From Balanoglossus misakiensis (Eukaryota; Animalia; Hemichordata), in contig CM082591.2 in the NCBI GenBank assembly GCA_040954595.2, positions 1,167,882 to 1,231,881 of the forward strand: a stretch of 64,000 bases of DNA, in the 5' to 3' direction. Made by a program: the position numbers and the translations under genes. Below the pieces are notes generated by a model. That model was not told the origin of the DNA. It worked only from the letters and a program-made list of their open reading frames with translations, and searched no databases. Shown here one piece after another: positions 1 through 10,488 of the stretch. Each line of letters starts with the position of its first letter. Positions within the stretch are counted from its first letter, which is position 1.

Positions 1-380
1 GGTGAAAGGGTTAAATAAGACACAGAATGTGGCATTTCTGACTGCAAACTTAAGCGAAGACACTAGAAGCCATGATGTTAGGCATGCAGGCAAGCAGATA
101 ATGCTTTCAATATATTTTACCATTGGTGAAAATGGGTGTATATTCTCTATGCACAGCTATGGGTTTACATGAAATACTACAGGCATTTCTATAAATGAAA
201 AGAAATGGTACAATGAAAATAGCAAAGCTCAGAATATATAACCCTAAATACCCCTTGGTCACTTTGATGATGTACTTTTTTTTAATACACAACAAAATAA
301 CAGATAACTTGCAATGCATGAGAAAATACACCCATATTCAACACTCTTATAGACCTGTATTTAATGAAGTGATGCGGTTA

Positions 381-3300
381 TCAGGCTGAGTCTATAATGA
401 CAGCAGATTTCTCGATTTCAGCAAACCTTCTCTGTGGGCTGCTAAGTTCTCTCGGCGGTGAACCAGATTCGCTCCTGGAAAGAGAAATGAAATTTTTGCT
501 CGTATCAAATTTCTTAATTGTAAATAAAACACATGGAAGATGAAGAAGGACCTTGAATATGTTGGAAAACGTTGAACACAGGTGGTATGACTACAGTCAA
601 AGCCTCCATCTCTTTCGCCAATTATATGTTTTTTGCGAGTTTTATCGAGCGACCAGCAAGAAGATATCTGGTCCTCAGGACGAGAGCATCAGGTCCTGAC
701 CACACCTTGTATACATGACCACTCACCTTCTTTTGCGAGGACTCTTGCTTGAACTTCTTAAAGACCGAGATCTGCTTCTGATAAGTAACAATGAAAAGTT
801 CACATCCGGTAAGTCCTCCAATATATGATTTATAGGAAAGGCACTATGATTAGACTATACGATTAGAGTGTGAAACACCAATATAAGGAGGCAATTTTTC
901 TGTACAAATGTAATGCATGCATGTATATTAGAGACAAGTCTCACAAAATGTCAGTGGTATAATTACTGTAGTATGCGCAGATTTTTTATGGGATGGCCAA
1001 GCAAAAAAGGGTGCCACCACGTATGTAAATTAAAGATGATTGTGCATAGTTTGGCAGTAACCGTAAAAATTTACCTTTGCTGTGGTATGGGTGATCCACC
1101 CTCTCTGTCTCTGGACGTTCGTGACCTGGAACGTGACCTTGATTTGGATCTAGAGACACTTCTGTGAAATAAATATAAAGAAGTTTACTTCATGGGTCGA
1201 AGTCTTTCTTACATTGTATTGGTGTGTAATGTTTATCATGTGACTTCTGAAAGGTCATAGATGATAGCAAATTAAAGCAGACCGCCATTCAAAAATCATG
1301 CTTTCACAGTTTGCATGACCTCTACAAGCAATTTGGATTTTTTTCTTGTGTCACCACTCAATCTGTTAGTCAGAATAATGTCTTAGAGAGCTCACAGCAC
1401 TGTATGATTCAGTTACACATACCTGTCTCGGCTGTAACTTTTTCTACTGCGTTTCCTAAATAGGATGAATCAGAAAACACTTTTCAGCTTAATCCTGATA
1501 AACTCTACCAACAAAATGCCAGGATGTAAAGGTCACATAGGGGTCATGAAATCAGCCAATAGGGGCCAAGGATGGATGTATTACCTGTCGGGGGTTCGGC
1601 TCCTGCTACGGCTACGACTGCGCGTTCGAGAACGTCTGGATCGAGAACGTCCTCTAGAACGAGAACGAGATCGTGATCGACTATACCCGGGAAAAAGAAT
1701 TAAAACGGAAAAAAAGTCACTATCTGACATTTGTTAAAATTAAATACCAACCCCGAAACACTGTCACTATTCCATTCCGTATAACCACCCATTTTTTTCG
1801 AATGTTCATCGAATGGAGTACCCAAAGTTGCCTCGCATCTATATTACAATTGTGCATGGTTCAACCCAATCATTTTCAATTATGAGGTTCGACGTATGTT
1901 GAAAAAAAGTGCAAGTTATAGCTTCCACAAATGACCTCATTTCTGTCTGTTTGCTGACTTTCAACCAAATGCAAACTGAAAATGCTATAACCTAAAAAAA
2001 CATGTACATTTGTGCTTTCACAAGACATATACAGGGCCAAAATTATTCCATTTTGATGAAAAAAGAGCGGAAATTTGACTTTTTTTGGAGCTGTGATCAA
2101 TTATGCATATTATTCATAGAAACTAGCCCTGAGCACAAAACCATGATATGTCTATTGTGAACAGAACAAATGAACAAGACAAAAGAAAAACCTCGTTATC
2201 AACGTGTACATACATGTCTGACTGGCCCTGCCAAATTTTAAGCTATACACAAATCTACATAAGCAGTAAGAATGTCGTTTGCTATAGAACCAACTGAGGT
2301 TATCTCTGTGCAGTTGAAATGAGCAAAGTGCAACGCTGAAAAAAAAATGACTTAACGCACAAGGATCATAACACACTGTTGGGAAGATGGAATGAGATAG
2401 ACATTGCAGTCAGCATGGTCAACCATAAGGATGGTGATGGTTAATTACTGGAATGACTTGTTAGTAACAATGATACTTGTATGTATGTATGGCTCCATGT
2501 ACATGATTAGTTTTCATCAGAGATACTGCTCACAATTCATATTTGGTGTTATCCAATTATTTTCAGCATATACAATGTGGTGTTGTATTTTAAACACAGC
2601 TCACCATTTTAAATCAAGCTACTACACCAGCCACTTTGTCTAAACATCTTTATTCCAATTTTGCACACGACTATTTTGAGATCCATACATGTAAACCACT
2701 ATGAGATGAAAAGACTCGGCAAATTTGTATTTTTTACTGGTCTGTAAAATGGACATATTGAAATTCATTCAATATTTTCTGCCGATATTCAGCTCATTTT
2801 TCTTCCTTTTCACTCTTCCACTTATTTTGAAAAAAAAAGATTATTTCTGATTTTGGCTATATGCAAGTCTCTACGTGGAAAATTTTAATGTAACAGGAAG
2901 CCATACTAATACAAGTTTTTGTCTGGTTAGTACAGCGGTGATATGAAAGCTAGGGGGAAAGTTAGTTGAAGGGAATAACACGTGTATAAAGGGAGAGAGG
3001 CAGGCAGGCAGAAATTAGACAACAAAAGGATCACAGGTAGACTGATCGTCAAATATCTGACAAAGGGACTCTTTCTTTGAAGCACTGAGTACTTACCATA
3101 CATATGCTGATGATTTTACACATTATGGCCCAAAATGGACTTGTAAAACCAGTCAGTATTCAAGTAATGCCATATGACTAGAGTTCCCAAAGGGAGAACA
3201 CAGCCCTATGTATCATAACTTTCAACCACTGCACTCAGAGACCATGTGACCATTTACTTTTCTCGGAAGACTTATCGATTCCTTAACCATATTTTCAGCC

Positions 3301-4564
3301 GTTTTACCACTATACCAAAACCTCCTATCTTTCTCTACACAGTACAGTAAGGCATCATCATCATCACATTTCATCAAGATCACTCCTATCACATCACTGT
3401 TACCATAGTAACCAGTTACCATACCACCAAACCAATACAATCGCCTGGCGTGTAGTAGCAGTAAAACGAATGGTCAGAGTAAAGGCAAAAAAAACAAACA
3501 AAAACAAACATAGACAAGAGGCAGCCATCATCAACAACAACAATCAAACATTTCTATTGAATGTAAAGTCTGTTTTTCTATCATGTCATCATAAGGTGTA
3601 ATTTTTCTCTTCAACTTCTTGCAATATGATTCAATCGCATCTTCTGCAAAGCATACTTGCAAATTCAACGCATAAGAAAGAAAGAAACGATTCTTACTGG
3701 TGTCTGTAACCACGTGTGTAGTAGCGGCAATCTCGAGAGAAGTGACCCCTTTCTCCACACTGATAGCATCGCAGATTGGGGTCGTAACCTCTACGGCCGC
3801 GGCCACGGGTGCGAGGCCTTGCAAGGCTCACTCTGACCCTGCCACCGCAAAGCATCCTAGAACAAAAAAGATGATTTTCCGTTCACTGCAAGATCTTGGA
3901 GATATAAGCATAGGGAGCTCAGGAAATGTTGTTGTTGGTATTGTTGTTGTTGTTGATGTTAAGATTGATAATAACATCAACAACAACAACATTTCCTAAG
4001 CTCCCTATGATATAAGTTAGCTTTGTATGAAAGAAGAGCAGGTGCATTGTTTGTCTTGTACAGAGGAGGTTTGTCTTTACTGCCATCTTGGAATCATGGT
4101 GCATTGTGGGATTGCTGAAGGAGGGGCACTTGATGTAGGAATGTGTACTGCACAAGTAGCGTCTTCCACGAGTGTCCCTCCAGTGCTATCCCACAGCCCA
4201 CCGTGTTTCCAAGATGGCGGTAAAGACAAACCTCGCCTATAATGAGTGATTTTGACACTCACCTTCCGTCCATATCCCTAATTGCTTCCTCCGCATCTTC
4301 TCGTTTGCCGAAAACAATAAAGGCAAAGCAAGGAGGATTCCGGGCAACCCAGACCTCCTCCAACTTCCCGTACTTAGCAAATGACTTCTCTATCTCCTTT
4401 CTGGAGCAATCAATTCCTAGATCACCACAGTAGACCCTTGTCCCGTCCAATTCCCAATCAGGCGAATGAGATTGTCGTGACCGACGTCTACCAGACCCAT
4501 GGCGATCTCGACGTGGTGATCTAGACCGGGACCTCGACCGAGAATAAGATCTGTAATTACTCAT
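381..4564 (-). CDS. SRSF7-like SR splicing factor with extra N-terminal RS segment (RS-RRM-Zn knuckle-RS); coding exons ~4564-4263, 3856-3698, 1680-1585, 1455-1423, 1161-1075, 777-727, 474-381
   Basis: RRM 'TRVYCGDLG...[15 protein letters not shown]...AEEAIRDMDGR', knuckle 'CYQCGERGHFSRDC', RS-repeat exons. All junctions are GT-AG and keep frame to TGA at 381-383. Non-coding first-exon donor (GTAAGT) near 5252. Confidence 0.88.
3097..3444 (-). other. Candidate poison (PTC-containing) cassette exon of the minus-strand SR gene
   Basis: Branch-like CTGAC, pyrimidine tract and CCAG acceptor at 3445-3446; perfect ATG|GTAAGT donor at 3096; in-frame stop at 3222-3224; GAT-repeat rich. Confidence 0.55.
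3909..4009. repeat. Foldback/inverted repeat (MITE-like) with (GTT)n/(AAC)n arms
   Basis: catagggagctcaggaaatgttgttgttg ... caacaacaacatttcctaagctccctatg are near-perfect reverse complements. Confidence 0.8.
4066..4234. mobile_element. MITE-like element with ~45-bp imperfect terminal inverted repeats
   Basis: gaggtttgtctttactgccatcttggaatcatggtgcattgtggga ... tcccacagcccaccgtgtttccaagatggcggtaaagacaaacctc. Confidence 0.65.
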
Positions 4565-5249
4565 CAGGCTTAATCTGAAACAATGCAAAGGTACTAATTA
4601 GAAGTGATTAATAATTAAAATCTCTGACAATGAATGTATAATACATAATAAAATAGTCCACAGCTGCAGTACAATATGGTGAATGAGTAAAGGTCTGTAT
4701 TCTGCCTACCCGGTAACTTTACTGGACATAAGTTAAGATCTCGACGAAATAAACACGTCAACAACACCTTGTTTGGAACACTGTCTGCGCAATGCTGTTG
4801 CCTTGTCCAAACCTGTGCAGTGATCAGCAACTAACATACAATGTAGATAGCACACGTAGAAGGCTTGCAAAACGCAGGCTTCATCAATTTCAATCGCTAA
4901 TATAATAATATATTCATAATTCACCACAGGAAGAGTAAGCGTACCTACGGCACAAAGCCACGTCAGCTAGAATTACAACGAATGCCAATCAACATTATTC
5001 ATATCATTTTGAATATAATCTATATCCAGATAAACTGTTGCACACCGCTCCCCGGTGCGTCGTTGAGGGGGCCTCCCACACGTCCATTGAAATCGATTAC
5101 TAGTGTATGTTTCTGTATGTGGCAAGGAAACCAATTCGAGCTAGAATTTACCTGGAAACAGACCCTGTTTTGTTGCAAATAATAAGAAACAAGGAGAATT
5201 AAAGTACTCCTTGTGTGCGAATACATTAGCTCGTCAAGTCAGTGTTTAC

Positions 5250-5650
5250 TTACCGGTGCAAGCCGGAAAAAGACAGGTAAATTTTGCTCGCTTGGTTGAA
5301 CTGTGATGCGCTGAAAACCACGCCAGCAAAATGGCGACTTCGGTAATATTCGGTAGATATCGGATCGACGAGTCTTTAAAAAAGTTTATGAAATAAACAA
5401 AATCGCTATCATTTGCTCAGTCAAATTACAAGACATATGAGTAAATGAAGTGAATTTCAAATGCCAGATATTTTTATCCTCTTAGCGACGTATTAAACAC
5501 AGTCCGGTATTTTTGCCGAAGATTTCCGGACTGTAAGTTTCACTCGGCTAATGTATATTACCCAGGGGTCATATCTTCACTGAAACTTCCGGTTACGCTT
5601 GAGTCATTTTCTTTGCAAGACCGGGTGAGTTGCAGGGAAGATCAACGTAA
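5250..5650. promoter_or_regulatory. Bidirectional promoter and non-coding first exons of the two SR genes
   Basis: Divergent donors: GTAAGT on - near 5252 and AAC|GTAAGT on + near 5648. YY1-like AAAATGGCG near 5328 and ETS-like TTCCGG sites. Confidence 0.6.
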
Positions 5651-6151
5651 GTTATCGCAATTATACCATTATATTCATCCGCTAACATTGCTAGTATCAT
5701 GCAGAATGGTTTTCATCGTAGTATTGATACCATGAGCATAAAGAAACTTATATATCTGACCTTGATTTGCAGTTTTTAGTTTTAGTTGAAAACGACATGA
5801 CACGAACGCGCATTGGGCTGTTGCGCGTTTCTTGTTTGTTGCATGGTAATCAATCTATGTCCTGGGGCATCAACTCATAGCGAGAAATGAATCAAACAAT
5901 TGAATTCGGGGGATCTCGAAGGAAACGCGTCTTTCATTGGTATGAATTCGCGGCTACATATTATCTTTGGCATAATACGAAGCCATACAATAAACCTCCC
6001 TAGTTAACACCTATTAACCCAGCATGCCTTGCGTGTCCCAAGCCAGTGCTATGCATCAATAAGTAGGTCATTTTCATTCCATGCTATTCGTGCATCTTAT
6101 TAATTTTTTTTCGTGATTTACTCTGCTTCTGCAGGATAACTCCAAAGAAAG

Positions 6152-8212
6152 ATGTCACACTACAATGGTCCCCTAGACTGTAAAGTCTACGTGGGAGATC
6201 TAGGGACAAATGGCACAAGACATGAAATTGAGCGAGCATTTGTCCATTACGGTCCACTGCGCAATGTTTGGGTTGCAAGGAATCCTCCAGGATTTGCATT
6301 TGTGGAGTTTGAAGATCCAAGAGATGCTGAAGATGCTGTCAAGGGACTTGATGGACGGTAAGACTTGGTCATAATGAAGATCACATTTCCCAAAAGATAT
6401 ATACATTTAGGTGATACCTGTGGTAGTTCAATTTGTCAAGTTGAAAGATGCATTATTTAAAGACAGATTACAGTCTTGGATGAGGTGTTTTTATAATGTT
6501 GATTTTCAAATTCTATTAAATTCTATTATCTGCATCTCTTACAGTTTACTGTGTGGGGTCAGAGTAAGAGTTGAAGTTTCCTCCGGTAAAAGTCGTTGGG
6601 CCAAGTGGGGAAGGCCACCACCACGCAGGTCGTTCTCTGAAGAGCGTTGTTACGAATGCGGGAAGCGAGGACATTTTGCCAGAGACTGTTACTATGCCCG
6701 GGAGAGAGGCGGTAGTCGTAGCCACGGTGGTGGCGGCGGCGGAAGTGGTAGCCGATCATCAGGATCTAGAAGACGATCCAGGTAATATGGCAAGAAATTC
6801 TCTGAATGAACTTGGATATTCATTCAAATGTGCACACACTCACAAGTGTTAATCTATCTCCATCTAGTTACTGTACAATCATTCCATTGTCTATGTGTCA
6901 AACTGTTTAAAAGTATGATGCCCCCCACCCCTGTTCTTTTAGGAAAAACTAACAAAATATTGAGATTATTTGAAACTGGATAATTTGAAATTTGATTTAT
7001 TTTGGCTCTGAACTGTGATCCGGAAATCCTCAGCATGGAAAGTCTGGGATATTAAATCCACTTCTATTTAATTCATTCTCTGATTTCCGGTAGTACCCAC
7101 CTTATTTCTAAGCAATGAATTAAACCCTCCATGATTATTCCTCTCTTTGAATCCATTTTTATGAAAGAAATATATTTTCATGTGCTTTTCTTTGTCACCG
7201 TTTTTATTAACCAAGCTACCCCCATTGTTTCAGGGATATGTTCAGCGTTTAGTCAGCATTCTGCTAGTTTTGTCAGCATGCACTCATATGATCACCATGA
7301 GAACATCATGTGATCATCTTGTGAACAACATGTGCAACTTTTGAGTTCAGCACAGTCGGCTATTGGCCCAGGGCGTGCGTCATTGACAACCAACCACCCT
7401 TGGAGAATCTCTTTTCCTAAAAGTTCAGCTTATCAACAGGCTGTCGGAAATTCATCAATTTTCAGTCGACTTCTAAAAGTTACACTTGGCCATGCTCAGC
7501 CCTGGCAGCGCTCGAGTTCAGCCATGGGGTGTCACAACACGACATCTTGGGCTATCTTCTATATACTGCGAAAGGTTGTTGAATACATCGTTTCAATATC
7601 TCTCTTATTTAGCAATAAAAGGAGATAAAGTCGAGATAAACAACCAGAAAAAATGCTTTGTTTCCTCCAATATTTCATCATTTTATAATCATCAAAAGAA
7701 ACTTCTTTGTGCATACAAATATTGATTAAAAAGACAAGGGGGGTCATTTCAGAATGACAACTTTGTAAAAGTTGAACACTTAGATTTCTCTGATTCATAA
7801 AACCTGTGAAAAATATTTCATTATACACCAGTAATGCATTGTATATTTGTAGGATTTTGTATAAGAAACTTGGCTGAAACTTTTAAGAATAATAATGTAT
7901 TGTGGTAACTCTTTTATAGCAGCGAGGCTGCAGATATCAAGTTGTAATCCCGGCTAATATTGCTCTTGTTTCTTCCAAGGTCTCGCTCCAGATCTCGGTC
8001 TCCATATAGACGCAGTTACAGTCGCAGTAGAAGTCGAAGCCGCAGCAGAAGCAGCAGCCGGTAAGTGTGCAGTATTTAGCGTAGTTGCCCTGCTACGCTT
8101 AGGACATTTCCGCTATTCTTGCAGTTCAGTTTGTCGACCACAGTCATATTGATGCGCTCCTTGCCATTGATAATACTCAGGGATGTTCTTTATTTCATTC
8201 CAGGTACAATTA
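6152..8212 (+). CDS. SRSF7: SRSF3/SRSF7-family (9G8/SRp20-like) splicing factor; exons 6152-6357, 6545-6781, 7980-8060, plus an uncertain short last exon (e.g. 8203-8212)
   Basis: '[12 protein letters not shown]...[37 protein letters not shown]', knuckle '[14 protein letters not shown]', RS exon; canonical splice sites in frame. Confidence 0.9.
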
Positions 8213-8465
8213 AAACCAAGGCACAACATGTGAGGCATGAAAGAAGAAAATGTCTGGACATGTTAGAAAAAAAAGTCCCTCAACCATACCATCGTTTTTC
8301 TGTGTCAGTCTTGTAGTTTTCAAATGTTTACTATTCTGTGTAATTTCCAGTTGATACCAGACATGTTTACGTTATTCAGAAACTTCTACAGAGGACTATT
8401 CACTTGCTATACCTAATAAAAGTTATCCAGATTCAAGGATGATTTCACCTCTGATATGTAGATTC

Positions 8466-8559
8466 TTTACCTTTTCACCGCCATGGTTTGGTCCAAATCA
8501 ATTGTTTTCTATGAAAAGGTTGGACCTTTAAAAGAGGGTAGTGGGGGTGAAAGGGTTAA
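8466..8559. mobile_element. ~90-bp TTAA-flanked MITE (piggyBac-type ends); other copies at 1-14 (partial), 13177-13269, 17810-17899, 23327-23370 (partial), 34863-34955, 55249-55340
   Basis: Termini TTAACCCTTTCACC ... GGTGAAAGGGTTAA with shared internal CCATGGTT...CCATTGTT...GGACCT, present in both orientations. Confidence 0.8.
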
Positions 8560-10488
8560 AGAAAATACTAAACTGCTGAATTATATCAGCCATCTTTGTT
8601 CCTGTATTCATTTCACTCGTAGGATAGGTATTTCATAGACAGTTTCACAAGTTATTTGTTGAGCAACAGATTCTCGCGCGGGAAGTATTTCGTGATTGTT
8701 AACAGGAAAGGCCAAAGCACCTGCAGTTCATTTTGGACATGAAACAACATATTTGTGTTTGTTTTTAATTTTAAGTGTGCACATATTTGAGAAAGTACCC
8801 TTTTAGTGGATATTCCGAGTTAAATAAGTATTGCATCCCCGACTATCCTAAGAAACCATATCTGAAGAAGGAACTTATTGATGGGCGAGAATTTTTAGTT
8901 CTAAAAAGATGTGCTATTTTGATGTTTTATGTAGTAATAAAAGTGGAACGTTTCACGTATTTTTATCACATTTACATTCATCTTTCTTTCTGTTCATTGC
9001 ACCACACATGTCCAAGAATTGACATTAGATCTTTCCTTTATTAAAACTTCCAAAAGGATTTGCACAGTGAGGCACTTTATGCTTCACAAATGAAAGTGAT
9101 ATCATGCACACATTCTACACTTGAAAAAAATTTCAAAACAATTTCAGGAAATGAAAATGACCTTACACACGGTCCACCTTACATTCTTACATCTTCCTTG
9201 CATCACAACCCCGACAATCTCTATGGTCCCAAATAAATGCTCTCCAGACATTTATCACAGCACTGAAACTATTTTGCATAACTACACGTACATGAGAATT
9301 GAAAGCCATGAACAAAATGTTTCATAGATGCCATTGTATATGTTCAGGCAATGCGATTTCTCTGAAATTCAAATCCACTATCAATGCACGAAAGATACAA
9401 CTTGAAATTGAACTTTCTTTAACCAATGAGAGTACATTGTACATGTATATTTCTGACATTTGGGGCAAACATCAGTTGAAAGAGGTTGAAGTTCAATAGT
9501 GTCTTCGGTTTGTACACTTCTCATAAAACAACTAGATTGAAAAAGTCCTATGTACATGTGTCTAAAATTGTATTATTTCAGTATCAATTGTAATACTATT
9601 GTGACTAATTTTCCTGTACTAAAACAATGCAAAACAACCTGTAGAAATATGTCGGCTTAAAACATTTTTACACTTGAAGAAAAAATTCAAGATGGTGGAT
9701 TTGAGATATTGGATAGGAGGTAAATTAAATATGAATAGAAGAGTGGGGATAAATGAATGGAAACATGAAAATGCAGGGAAAACATTTTTTTCTTCTTCCA
9801 TAATAAACAAATTTGCTTGTAATACTGTCAAGAATCTGTGCTTATGTTTGACTTGCAAAATATTAAAAAAACTGATGCTACCTTACTGTACTTGGAAGCT
9901 TTCATCTAAGGCATCAATTCTTTGGTCCTAGTACTCACAATCCAGCAAGACAAACATTTCTGCCTTTATAACTTTCATTTTCAACACATCAACTGAAGAG
10001 AAAACACATTATGTAAATTTTGGTAAATAGAAAGTGCAGGCTTTGTTGTTCAGATTCACATCAATATTTGTCTGACAAAAGTGTAAATAAACATTATATG
10101 ATCAGTCCAATTATAAAGTAAAATTTACAGACTGCTATTTTTCTGCTTTCTCAAACTGATGAGTACCCACACCCACACACACAACAAAGATTCATTCATT
10201 CATCCATTCATTCATTCAATCAAAGATGTGTAGATGGTTACTACTTCGGACACACATACAAATGTCAAGATTTAGTCTTATCTGATTTACACAGAATGAG
10301 AAACTACATCCAGGATGCATCTATTTGCAATCACAACGACTTGTCAATCAACACCACAGCACAAACAAGCTTTCCAGGATATGTTTCAAATAGTACTTCA
10401 TCATGCAGCAACCAACAACGAGTGAAGGAAGAAAAAAGTCATATATATATCTGAAGAAGACTAAGAGGGAGGGAAGTATAGAGATATG

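Noticed and set aside
1465-1737. Plus-strand RE/RD-rich ORF
   Set aside because: Antisense shadow of an RS exon of the minus-strand SR gene.
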